Below are positions 1 through 7,716 of a DNA stretch of 64,000 nucleotides, piece after piece. Origin of the DNA: Candidatus Saccharibacteria bacterium RIFCSPHIGHO2_12_FULL_41_12 (GTDB lineage Bacteria; Patescibacteriota; Saccharimonadia; Saccharimonadales; 2-12-FULL-41-12). Location of the stretch: NCBI GenBank assembly GCA_001790445.1, contig MGCQ01000008.1, forward strand, positions 26,676 to 90,675, given 5' to 3'. The number at the start of each line of letters is the position of its first letter. Position 1 is the first letter of the stretch. The notes beneath the pieces are model-generated. The model had not been told where the DNA came from, searched no databases, and saw only the letters and a program-made list of their open reading frames with translations. The translations under genes were made by a program, and so were the position numbers.

Positions 1-280
1 TGAAGCTATCTGGCACCCCAGGTGGGATTGTTTTTAGGCCGAGACTGTAACCTACAATAAGAGGTCTGCCGTTCTGTCCATCTCCACCATAGTTCATTGT
101 AATGTCTTTGGGTTCAACTATTTGCTCCGTAAGGCCAGGGTTTAGATTAAACGCATCTTCCGCCTCGCCTATGAGCTTTGCTGCGGTATGTTCTAGCTGT
201 TGGCTTGATAAGTGTAAATCATTATGCCAATCACGGGGGATAGGGGCATTAGGGGGTAAAGAAAAAAAGCGAGTTTCCAT
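1..280 (-). CDS. hypothetical protein, N-terminal ~93 codons only (gene runs off left edge)
   Basis: Open minus-strand frame from ATG at 278-280 (METRFFSLPPNAPIPRDWHNDLHL...) with no stop before position 1. It is absent from the ORF track because it has no stop in the window. It lies 50 nt downstream of, and co-directional with, the 952-aa membrane protein gene. Confidence 0.4.
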   Translation of the reverse strand, partial: METRFFSLPPNAPIPRDWHNDLHLSSQQLEHTAAKLIGEAEDAFNLNPGLTEQIVEPKDITMNYGGDGQNGRPLIVGYSLGLKTIPPGVPDSF

Positions 281-330
281 CCAATTATGATAACACATTA
301 TGTTAAAAAATACAAGAGTATTGTACGTAT

Positions 331-3189
331 TTATGTTCCTGGTGGGCCAGCTTCACCGCGACCAGCAGCAGCCGCTTCTTCTCTTGCCCTACTGCCATAT
401 TCTCGGCGAATTTGACCAAAGTCTGGATCAGTTCTTAGTGCTTCAAAAACTTCAGAATAGTTCATCTGACCATCGGCAGGTGCTACACCGCCAAAACCTT
501 CGATCATTCGGTCTCTTATATGAGGCGGAAGAGTGCGTATGTCGACTTGGGTGTTGTTCATCATATCTGCTAGATCGCGAGCAATTTTAGGGTTTGCGTA
601 GCCTGCAGCATCTAGCTTACCTGCCAGAGTAGCAAACTCTTGGATAGCTCTTCTGCCGGCACCTTCACTGTTATCGCCCAGCACCCTAACCATATTCCTT
701 TGCATGGAAGGTAACATATTCCTTCTAAATGCTGTTTCTTTCATATTAAGCATACTCCCACCCATAGAGTCGGCAGTGTGATCATAATGATCGGCTGTGG
801 CCTGTTCGGCAGTTAAAGCTCCTGTGTGAGAAGCTTCAAGATTGGTTATATCATCTGTAAAGCTACCTACTTGATCCGCACGGTCGGTTTGACCTAGGTT
901 TTTACGGAATTCTCCAAGTAGGCGTGCCGCATGACCACGATTGTTGCCTGCAAGCTGATTAATAAGTGCATATTTGTTGTCGTGATCACCAGTTTCGGAA
1001 TAATCTAGCCCTGTGCCACTAGTTGATAGACCTAGGCCTGCAGCATTATCGAATACTTCCTTGCCAGCTTCTTGCTTAGCTCGCCATACTTCCATAGCCG
1101 CAGTATCTAGCCCTTGTTGACGTTCTGCAGAATAAGTGCCATCTGCATTATCTGCGCCAAATCTAGCGTGAGATCTATTGACTAGCTCTCTACGAATTTC
1201 CTCAAAATTATCTCCCCTAATACCAGCCCAAAGTTTGTCATCGTCGTTACTGAATGCAGCAAAAGTATGGCTATTTTTCATATAGTCCATAGCTGTGTCC
1301 ACAACGTGTGTTCCCTCTCTTGATCCACTTGCGGCGTTGTATCCTGTACGCATTGCTGCCAAGTTATTTCTAAACCCACGCACACCTCTCCTCCCTTCTC
1401 TGGCGCCACCCAATCCTGAGCCAATAGCTCCTGCAGAAAGCCCTGCGGTGTCAAGGTTCTCTTTTGCAGAGTGAGCAGCATTACCAATAATGTTACCTCT
1501 TGTATTTCGAAGTTCCCCAAATTTTTTGTTAGTCCTTTTGCTGAGACCACTAGTAAAGTTGCTTGCCATGTTCCCGACTGAACCTATCATGCCCCCAGCT
1601 AATTTGAAGGAAAAAGGGATTAAAAACATAGGGGTAAACACAGCCACAACACCTATCAGAAGAGAAATTATCCCTACAGAGTCATTGGTTTTTGTACTGT
1701 TGGTGATGAAAATAACTGACATTATGTTGGCCAGAGCAAATATAACCGCAATAATTGGGTAAACCATAAGCGTCTTTAAGAATTGGGTCCACCAAACTTT
1801 AAAATACTTCTCGGTACCAGGGAGTATAAAGCAAGCGATAGCTATCGGAGAGATAATAGTCAACAGCACCACTAACGCAAATCTGACAACCAAGGTGAAT
1901 AGGACTGCTAAGGCAGCAAAAGAGACAATTATGAGAATTGGTATTAACACATAAAGACCAAGCAAGGTAAGAGCTCCCCCTACTGCCCCAGCTGACACGA
2001 TAGCCGTTATTGCGCCAGCTGCTAGACCTCCTCCAAGAGTTCCCACAATGGCAGATTCTGTGTTGCCTTCGGTTTGCGCATCATATGCTCCAGCAACGAT
2101 AAAAGGTTTCGTTAATAGGTAATTCATGCCGTTGCCTATCACATTGGTTATATCAATGGCTGCCACACACAAATATATAGAGATATTTATTGCAATAATG
2201 CCGATCAATATCCTTGGCGCCATTTTTTTGGCCGTATACGCATCTACAGCATTTATACCCCAGCCTTCTGTTAGCTGTGAAAGCACAAGAATCAGTAGAA
2301 CTCCTATCAAGAGGATGTTTGCTATCAGTCTGAAACTTTGCCAAACTTTATAAAAGTCGTTATTACTGTCTATACCAACAGGTGTCCCTTGTAAGAGGGG
2401 GGTGACTAGGTACTGAAAAACCCCGTCAGTTATCTTTGCGCCCATTTCCATAACTGGGCAGAGTATCCATGACAAGGGATTAGCGAACGATGCATCGCAT
2501 GATGGTTCTTGTTTGCTTCCATCTTCCCCTGGGTCTGAGCTACTTGATGCCACAGAAGGGTCACCTATCGGTTTGTCAGATTCAGCGGGTTTTCCATCTG
2601 CCCCAATCTTAATAAGTTTTAAGCTCGCAACGGAGGCCAATCTGTTTTTGCAATCTTGCATTGACCCAGCTATGGGCTTCCAGTATTTGGTCCCGTTATC
2701 TTTAAAGTCTGTAAACATATTTTTATTACAGCCAAGAGCTTCATATAGATGATCTTGGTTGTCTTCGCATTTGTCGTTCCAGAGGTCAGTGTCGTTTTTT
2801 ACTTTCTTACATTTTTCCTCTATGAGCTGAATTTGTGCAGCCGCTCTGTTATAACACTCTTTGAATTCGCCTTGTTTGGTGTACCATTTTTTATCTCCAT
2901 CATCAGCTTCATGTTGGTAAAACATTTTTCCTGAACAGCCGAGTTCTCTATCAAGTCTTTCCTCCCATTCAGAACATCCTTCTGTACCATTCTGGTTAGT
3001 AGTGAATATGTAGCCAATATTGTTTAAATCATGGCAGTTTTTACCAACTAGGTATAAACGGTTATTGCCATATTTAGCGTCAGCTGCCAGCGCTGGTTTT
3101 GGGCTGACTATTAAGGTAGAAACAAGACTAAACATAGTGAGGAATATGTAAAACGCACCCAAAACAAAGTATTTACTGGAAGAAACCAT
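331..3189 (-). CDS. large polytopic membrane protein, VirB6/TrbL-like candidate (952 aa)
   Basis: ORF track. Signal-like N-terminus (FYIFLTMFSLVSTLIVSPKPALA). A ~250-aa Cys-rich ectodomain carries an internal repeat (LGCSGKMF..KKWY..C.NR versus LGCNKNMF..TKYW..CKNR). About 8 hydrophobic helices span aa ~290-545 (nt ~1557-2322), followed by a ~400-aa hydrophilic tail with no motif I recognise. The gene is divergent from the pilin-like array. Confidence 0.5.
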   Translation of the reverse strand: MVSSSKYFVLGAFYIFLTMFSLVSTLIVSPKPALAADAKYGNNRLYLVGKNCHDLNNIGYIFTTNQNGTEGCSEWEERLDRELGCSGKMFYQHEADDGDKKWYTKQGEFKECYNRAAAQIQLIEEKCKKVKNDTDLWNDKCEDNQDHLYEALGCNKNMFTDFKDNGTKYWKPIAGSMQDCKNRLASVASLKLIKIGADGKPAESDKPIGDPSVASSSSDPGEDGSKQEPSCDASFANPLSWILCPVMEMGAKITDGVFQYLVTPLLQGTPVGIDSNNDFYKVWQSFRLIANILLIGVLLILVLSQLTEGWGINAVDAYTAKKMAPRILIGIIAINISIYLCVAAIDITNVIGNGMNYLLTKPFIVAGAYDAQTEGNTESAIVGTLGGGLAAGAITAIVSAGAVGGALTLLGLYVLIPILIIVSFAALAVLFTLVVRFALVVLLTIISPIAIACFILPGTEKYFKVWWTQFLKTLMVYPIIAVIFALANIMSVIFITNSTKTNDSVGIISLLIGVVAVFTPMFLIPFSFKLAGGMIGSVGNMASNFTSGLSKRTNKKFGELRNTRGNIIGNAAHSAKENLDTAGLSAGAIGSGLGGAREGRRGVRGFRNNLAAMRTGYNAASGSREGTHVVDTAMDYMKNSHTFAAFSNDDDKLWAGIRGDNFEEIRRELVNRSHARFGADNADGTYSAERQQGLDTAAMEVWRAKQEAGKEVFDNAAGLGLSTSGTGLDYSETGDHDNKYALINQLAGNNRGHAARLLGEFRKNLGQTDRADQVGSFTDDITNLEASHTGALTAEQATADHYDHTADSMGGSMLNMKETAFRRNMLPSMQRNMVRVLGDNSEGAGRRAIQEFATLAGKLDAAGYANPKIARDLADMMNNTQVDIRTLPPHIRDRMIEGFGGVAPADGQMNYSEVFEALRTDPDFGQIRREYGSRAREEAAAAGRGEAGPPGT

Positions 3190-3230
3190 AACAATAATGT
3201 ATCATCTTTTCTTGGCATTGGTACAGCAGT

Positions 3231-3259
3231 TTGCAAAGTAAAGTATTATTTGGGATAAT
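3231..3259 (+). promoter_or_regulatory. sigma-70-type promoter candidate for the pilin-like array
   Basis: TTGCAA (3231-3236), a 17-nt spacer, then GATAAT (3254-3259), 18 nt upstream of the ATG at 3277. An AAGG ribosome-binding site lies in between. Confidence 0.4.
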
Positions 3260-3276
3260 AATAACTAAGGTAAAAA

Positions 3277-3981
3277 ATGAAAAACTTTCACCTAAAAATA
3301 AAAACCACCATAGCCTTTTGCTATTTTATTATTGCATTGTCTGTTCTTTTTGGAGGACAAGGATATGCTGAAACAGTGAGCTGTGGTCCGCTTAATTCAG
3401 TGGACAGGACTATCTGTGAAGCAAGTTTGACTCAGTGTGGGGACAGAGACACGGATAGTGATAAAGCTTGTAGAAAAGGATTTCGTGAAGGAGCGAAGAA
3501 AACAGGCGATAATAAAAGCGATGCTTGCAAGAGCTTCAAGAGCAACAATAAAGCTGAGTGCGAAAATGGCTACAACGCAGGGGCAAGTAAACAAGATGCT
3601 CTTAACAAAGAGGCATCTGCCCAAGCTCCATCACCAATTCCGGGTTCGGTAGGGACGCACCAGTGTGGCAATTTAAGTGATAAATCTGAGAACGTTAATA
3701 CAAAAATCAACTTTGGGTGTTTGGGCTCAAAGGCACCAGGTGGAACGGGCCCAATAGAAGACCTCTTGTATGCTTTAATCCGTTTTCTTTCAAATGGCAT
3801 AGGCATCATGATGGTGGTAGCTCTTATTGGTGCAGGCATAAAGTACACAACTAGTGAGGGCAATGCAGAACAAACTATGAAAGCCAAAAGACAAATCCAA
3901 AATATAATAATTGCTCTATTTATCTACCTATTTACGTATGTGATTTTGCAATTCTTAATCCCAGGAGGGATATTTAAATAA
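3277..3981 (+). CDS. VirB2/TrbC-topology pilin-like protein, paralogue 1 (234 aa, long 8-Cys ectodomain)
   Basis: Signal-like N-terminus (IAFCYFIIALSVLFGGQGYA), an ectodomain with 8 Cys, and a C-terminal two-helix hairpin (GIGIMMVVALIGAGIKYTTSEGNAEQTMKAKRQIQNIIIALFIYLFTYVILQFL). Confidence 0.55.
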   Translation: MKNFHLKIKTTIAFCYFIIALSVLFGGQGYAETVSCGPLNSVDRTICEASLTQCGDRDTDSDKACRKGFREGAKKTGDNKSDACKSFKSNNKAECENGYNAGASKQDALNKEASAQAPSPIPGSVGTHQCGNLSDKSENVNTKINFGCLGSKAPGGTGPIEDLLYALIRFLSNGIGIMMVVALIGAGIKYTTSEGNAEQTMKAKRQIQNIIIALFIYLFTYVILQFLIPGGIFK

Positions 3982-3997
3982 GGTATAATATGAACCA

Positions 3998-4381
3998 ATG
4001 ATAAACTTCTTAAATATCTTTAACTTTTTTGCAGCCAGCGGAGAAACACCTGCAGAAGTGGCTTGTCAAAAAGGTAGCTTTTTTGCCTTCCCTACTTGGT
4101 ATAAATATCTAGAGGTGGATACGAATTATTGCAACCCAAAGATAGACAATATCAATGACATTTGGTTGATAATGCTGGCAATAGTCGAAATTTTGATTCG
4201 GCTTGGAGTGATTTTGGCTATTATCTTTATAATTTATGGGGGCGTAAGTTTAATAATGGCTCGTGGCATTCCAGAAAAAGTTAACTCGGCTCGTGACATG
4301 ATTATAGATGCTATAACAGGACTTGTTATTGGTCTGGTGGCTATAACGTTGATCAGTTTCTTGGGGAAGAGTTTTGGTTAA
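3998..4381 (+). CDS. VirB2/TrbC-topology pilin-like protein, paralogue 2 (127 aa)
   Basis: Short hydrophobic N-terminus, a 2-Cys ectodomain, then TM1-loop-TM2 (ILAIIFIIYGGVSLIMARGIPEKVNSARDMIIDAITGLVIGLVAITLISF). Confidence 0.55.
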   Translation: MINFLNIFNFFAASGETPAEVACQKGSFFAFPTWYKYLEVDTNYCNPKIDNINDIWLIMLAIVEILIRLGVILAIIFIIYGGVSLIMARGIPEKVNSARDMIIDAITGLVIGLVAITLISFLGKSFG

Positions 4382-4382
4382 G

Positions 4383-4700
4383 ATGTTGGACAAGATAAAT
4401 TTTTTCATACTAGCAATTAGCAAACCTATAAACTGTGAAAGTGGCGCCAATTGTCAAACAACCCTTCCCGAAATAAAAGCCACAGACGCAACTGCAGAGA
4501 AGATATTTGGAATTATTTTTGGCACTATTGCTGCAGTAGCAATACTTATAATTGTGCTGTCAGCGCTGAACTGGGCGATTCGGGGTGGCGACCCAGAAGT
4601 TATTACTCGCTCCCGAAAAGCCATAATCTATGCAGTCGTTGGGCTTGCTATTGCTCTACTTTCTGAAACGTTGGTACTAACGCTCCTGAACAGGGTATAA
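4383..4700 (+). CDS. VirB2/TrbC-topology pilin-like protein, paralogue 3 (~105 aa)
   Basis: The track ORF starts at TTG 4374, overlapping the upstream stop, so I prefer ATG 4383 (MLDKINFFILAIS). It has a 2-Cys segment (NCESGANC) followed by TM1-GGDPEVITRSRK-TM2. Confidence 0.55.
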   Translation: MLDKINFFILAISKPINCESGANCQTTLPEIKATDATAEKIFGIIFGTIAAVAILIIVLSALNWAIRGGDPEVITRSRKAIIYAVVGLAIALLSETLVLTLLNRV

Positions 4701-4701
4701 A

Positions 4702-5109
4702 ATGAAAAAACCCTTACTCATATTAATTATTACGCCGATATTATTGATTTTTTTGCAAGCCTCCGCCCAAGCTGTAGATCTATTCAGGAATAACTGTAAT
4801 GGATCTGCCGCAGACTCAGCCGTTTGTAAGGACAAAAAAGCTGTAGAAAAAGCAGATGCGTCAAAGAATGAAGATAACCCGATATTTGGTCCAAACGGCA
4901 TAATAACTATAATTACAAATATTTTGTCAGCGGTGGTCGCTATAGGGGCAGTTATATCAATTGTTTATGCTGGCATGAAATTGATTTTTTCGGGGTCTAA
5001 TCCTCAAGAAGCAAACAGTGCCCGTGAGAGGATTATCTATGCATGTGTGGCTTTAGTGTTTGTTGCACTAGCCCAGATAATAGTCAGGTTTGTTATCAAT
5101 AGGTTATAA
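4702..5109 (+). CDS. VirB2/TrbC-topology pilin-like protein, paralogue 4 (135 aa)
   Basis: Signal peptide (LLILIITPILLIFLQASAQA), a 2-Cys ectodomain, then TM1-SGSNPQEANSARER-TM2. Confidence 0.6.
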   Translation: MKKPLLILIITPILLIFLQASAQAVDLFRNNCNGSAADSAVCKDKKAVEKADASKNEDNPIFGPNGIITIITNILSAVVAIGAVISIVYAGMKLIFSGSNPQEANSARERIIYACVALVFVALAQIIVRFVINRL

Positions 5110-5121
5110 TCGGTAGTAAAT

Positions 5122-5526
5122 ATGACAAAAACATTAATTACAAAGATATTACTTGCAACCCTGCTTTTAGTCGGAGTCTTCCAATATTCTGCAAATGTGC
5201 CGGTCTTTGCCCTAATAGGCTCTGGTTCTAAAGAACAAGCTTGTAAAGGTGCAGAGCTTGATAATGCAACAGGGGCAAATTGTGGTGAAAAGGCCAGTTC
5301 AGATACACAAAAAATATTGGAAAGTGTGATAAATATCATGTCGGCTGTTGGTGCTGTGATTGCTGTGCTGGTAATCATCGTCAATGGGATCAAATTGGTC
5401 CTGTCTTCTGGAGATTCTGCCAGAGTTAACACCGCTCGTTCAGGAATAATTATGGCGGTAGTTGGGCTGATTGTCATTGCCCTTGCGCAGACTTTAGTTA
5501 AATTTATTATCAACAGGGTGGGTTGA
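5122..5526 (+). CDS. VirB2/TrbC-topology pilin-like protein, paralogue 5 (134 aa)
   Basis: Signal-like N-terminus, a 2-Cys loop (ACKGAELDNATGANC), then TM1-SSGDSARVNTARS-TM2. Confidence 0.6.
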   Translation: MTKTLITKILLATLLLVGVFQYSANVPVFALIGSGSKEQACKGAELDNATGANCGEKASSDTQKILESVINIMSAVGAVIAVLVIIVNGIKLVLSSGDSARVNTARSGIIMAVVGLIVIALAQTLVKFIINRVG

Positions 5527-5585
5527 TGAGTGTGCAAAGTTGTGCTATAAAGTAATTAGAATATAACAAAAGGAAACCAAAGAAA

Positions 5586-5999
5586 ATGAGAAAATTTATT
5601 AGACAAATAGTTACCACATTAGCACTGGCTACTGTCATGTTAACACCAGCACTAGCGACAACTTCAGTATTTGCGGCTGACATAGACAAGAGCCTTTGCA
5701 AAGGGGCTGAACTGAAGCTTAGTGGAGAAGGAGATTGCTCAACGACTGAAGCAGCAGGAACAGGTTTAGACAAATTGATAACAGATGTTGTTAACATATT
5801 TTCCGTAATTGTCGGCGTAGTAGCCGTAATAATGATCATCTACGGTGGTTTCCGCTATATCACTTCAGGTGGGGACTCTGGTAACGTTACTACTGCAAAA
5901 AACACTATTCTCTACGCTCTTGTCGGGCTTGTCATAGTTGCCTTGGCGCAGTTTATCGTAAAGTTTGTACTGAGCAAGGCCACTGGGCTCGGCGACTAA
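5586..5999 (+). CDS. VirB2/TrbC-topology pilin-like protein, paralogue 6 (137 aa)
   Basis: AAGGA ribosome-binding site. Signal peptide ending VFAADI, a 2-Cys loop (LCKGAELKLSGEGDC), and the C-terminal hairpin NIFSVIVGVVAVIMIIYGGFRYITSGGDSGNVTTAKNTILYALVGLVIVALAQFIVKFV. Confidence 0.6.
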   Translation: MRKFIRQIVTTLALATVMLTPALATTSVFAADIDKSLCKGAELKLSGEGDCSTTEAAGTGLDKLITDVVNIFSVIVGVVAVIMIIYGGFRYITSGGDSGNVTTAKNTILYALVGLVIVALAQFIVKFVLSKATGLGD

Positions 6000-6010
6000 G
6001 GTTTGCAAAG

Positions 6011-6445
6011 ATGAAAACTAAAATATTTTCGTTCGTATTTGGGCTGAGCCTTCTCGTCTCGTTTGCAGGTGCCATGAATACCAGTACTGTTCTAGCAGAT
6101 TCTAAAAGTGAACTTTGCAGTGGCGCAAACTTTGATATAAGTGGTGGTAGCGATGCAGGTTGTGATGGTAAATCTGCCTGTGAAGACGACCCATCTAAAG
6201 CAAATTGTCCGGCAGGCAAGCTAAATACCCTGATCAACAATATAGTTAACATTTTATCTGTAATTGTCGGTGTTGCTGCCGTAATTATGATCATTTATGG
6301 CGGGTTTAGGTACGTTACTTCTGGGGGCGACTCTGGCAATTTGACTACAGCGAAAAACACCATACTCTACGCTCTCGTCGGGCTTGTTGTGGTTGCCTTG
6401 GCGCAGGTGATCGTTAAGTTTGTGATTAACAAAGCCAGTTTTTGA
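6011..6445 (+). CDS. VirB2/TrbC-topology pilin-like protein, paralogue 7 (144 aa, 4 Cys)
   Basis: AAGG ribosome-binding site, a signal peptide and a 4-Cys ectodomain. The C-terminal hairpin is nearly identical in protein sequence to paralogues 6 and 8. Confidence 0.6.
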   Translation: MKTKIFSFVFGLSLLVSFAGAMNTSTVLADSKSELCSGANFDISGGSDAGCDGKSACEDDPSKANCPAGKLNTLINNIVNILSVIVGVAAVIMIIYGGFRYVTSGGDSGNLTTAKNTILYALVGLVVVALAQVIVKFVINKASF

Positions 6446-6489
6446 AGCCGAGACTTTGAAGTCTCTCTCAGTCTATGGTATAAATTAGT

Positions 6490-6906
6490 ATGATGAGACT
6501 TTTGATGTACTCACTGGCTAGCGTGTCCCTGTTTTTGGCTTTTTTCTCACCAGTATTTCTATCCTCAAGCGTTTACGCAGCAGATATCTCGAATAATCTT
6601 TGTAAAGGAGCGGACTTGCGGTTTAGTGGCAATGCAAACTGTGCCGATACCACTAAAGATTCCAGCGCCAAGCTAGACAAGCTGGTAACCGACATAGTCA
6701 ATATATTTTCTGTCATTGTCGGTGTAGTCGCAGTGATCATGATTATTTATGGCGGATTTCGCTACATTATTTCTGGTGGAGACTCTAGCAATGTCACCAA
6801 TGCGAAAAACACCATACTCTACGCTCTCGTCGGGTTAGTCGTAGTCGCTTTGGCGCAGTTTATCGTAAAGTTCGTACTGAGCAAGGCCACTGGGCTTGGG
6901 GTTTAA
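6490..6906 (+). CDS. VirB2/TrbC-topology pilin-like protein, paralogue 8 (138 aa)
   Basis: Signal peptide ending VYAADI and a 2-Cys loop (LCKGADLRFSGNANC). The last ~50 nt of coding DNA differ from paralogue 6 at only one position. It is preceded by a small hairpin (gagactttgaagtctc) and a TGgTATAAA extended -10-like box. Confidence 0.6.
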   Translation: MMRLLMYSLASVSLFLAFFSPVFLSSSVYAADISNNLCKGADLRFSGNANCADTTKDSSAKLDKLVTDIVNIFSVIVGVVAVIMIIYGGFRYIISGGDSSNVTNAKNTILYALVGLVVVALAQFIVKFVLSKATGLGV

Positions 6907-7069
6907 CTCGACTTACGCAAATCTCCACACTCTCAAACTCTCCAGATGAGTCCAGAACCCCTTTTTCTGATGTCACCACACCTACCAGGTGTGCTTCCAC
7001 CAGAGAAAAGAACTTCTAAATCTCCTCTGGAAGATTCTGGAGAATGCGGAGATTTGCGTAAGTCGAGTT
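6905..7069. repeat. 165-bp long-hairpin repeat, copy 1 (MITE-like or structured RNA)
   Basis: The termini aactcgacttacgcaaatctcc and ggagatttgcgtaagtcgagtt are reverse complements, and the interior also pairs (tctccaga/tctggaga, ctttttctg/cagagaaaag, apex cacacct-acc-aggtgtg). The element is ~96% identical to 49158-49322 and begins inside the stop codon of pilin paralogue 8. Confidence 0.85.
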
Positions 7070-7087
7070 AACAGGTTCAATTAAAAA

Positions 7088-7108
7088 AGCCGCTACGTGC
7101 TAGCGGCT
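7088..7108. terminator. bidirectional intrinsic terminator candidate
   Basis: Hairpin agccgcta-cgtgc-tagcggct flanked by an A-run upstream and a T-run downstream. It sits between the pilin array / hairpin repeat and the convergent hsp20 gene. Confidence 0.6.
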
Positions 7109-7129
7109 TTTTAGTGACTAATTTTTGTT

Positions 7130-7591
7130 TTAGAGAATTTCTATTTTCTTCACAGTATCTTGTTTGAGTTTAGTGAAACTAACTGTTAGCACGCCATCTT
7201 TAAGAACTGCTTCGATCTCGTCTTCTTTTACAGGGACAGGCAATGAAATACTGCGGCTAAACTCACCCCAGTAACATTCCTGGACAAAATAGTTTTCAAC
7301 ATCGTCTTCGTTACCAGCACTGAGTGTACCTTTGATGCTTAGGGTATTATCAGCAATACTGACATCCAACTCATTTTTGTTAACCCCTGCAGTTCGTGCT
7401 TTAACCACTAATCGCTCTTTTGTCTCGTAGACGTCGACTGCTAGCTGTCCTGGGACAACTTCTTCTTCGTCCCATTCTTCCTCTACAGCGGCTGCCTCTG
7501 GTTCTCCTAAATCATCACCCAAGAAGGCGGCCGTCAGCTCATCTTCCATCAATAGATCCTCGTCATCACGCTGTTTTCGCGCCATCATCAT
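7130..7591 (-). CDS. small heat-shock protein, Hsp20/alpha-crystallin family
   Basis: Alpha-crystallin domain pattern (LAVDVYETKERLVVKARTAGVNKNELDVSIADNTLSIKG...GEFSRSISLPVPVKEDEIEAVLKDGVLTVSFTK). The start is set at ATG 7591 because GGAGG lies 7 nt upstream; the track start at TTG 7606 would overlap that ribosome-binding site. Confidence 0.85.
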   Translation of the reverse strand: MMMARKQRDDEDLLMEDELTAAFLGDDLGEPEAAAVEEEWDEEEVVPGQLAVDVYETKERLVVKARTAGVNKNELDVSIADNTLSIKGTLSAGNEDDVENYFVQECYWGEFSRSISLPVPVKEDEIEAVLKDGVLTVSFTKLKQDTVKKIEIL

Positions 7592-7716
7592 GTTATTACC
7601 CTCCAAGTTAATTTTTTCGCAGATTTTGAGATGTTTATGTTATAAACAGTATAACCCCACAAGGTTCACTCTAGCAATAGCGAACCAACAATATTTACAA
7701 CATAAAAATTACCACG

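Noticed and set aside
3213-3229. Sigma-54-like spacing (tGGcattggtacaGCag, GG-N10-GC) in the divergent region upstream of the pilin array.
   Set aside because: The -12 element is CAGC rather than TTGC. No enhancer-binding protein or rpoN evidence is present. A good sigma-70 promoter (TTGCAA-N17-GATAAT) lies just downstream.
5037-6294. Long antisense ORFs across the pilin array (5037-5537, 5510-5839, 5953-6294, all minus strand).
   Set aside because: They mirror the Ala/Val/Ile-rich sense codons of the pilin TM helices, lack starts with ribosome-binding sites, and have no independent support. The sense genes have signal peptides, ribosome-binding sites and a family-wide architecture.
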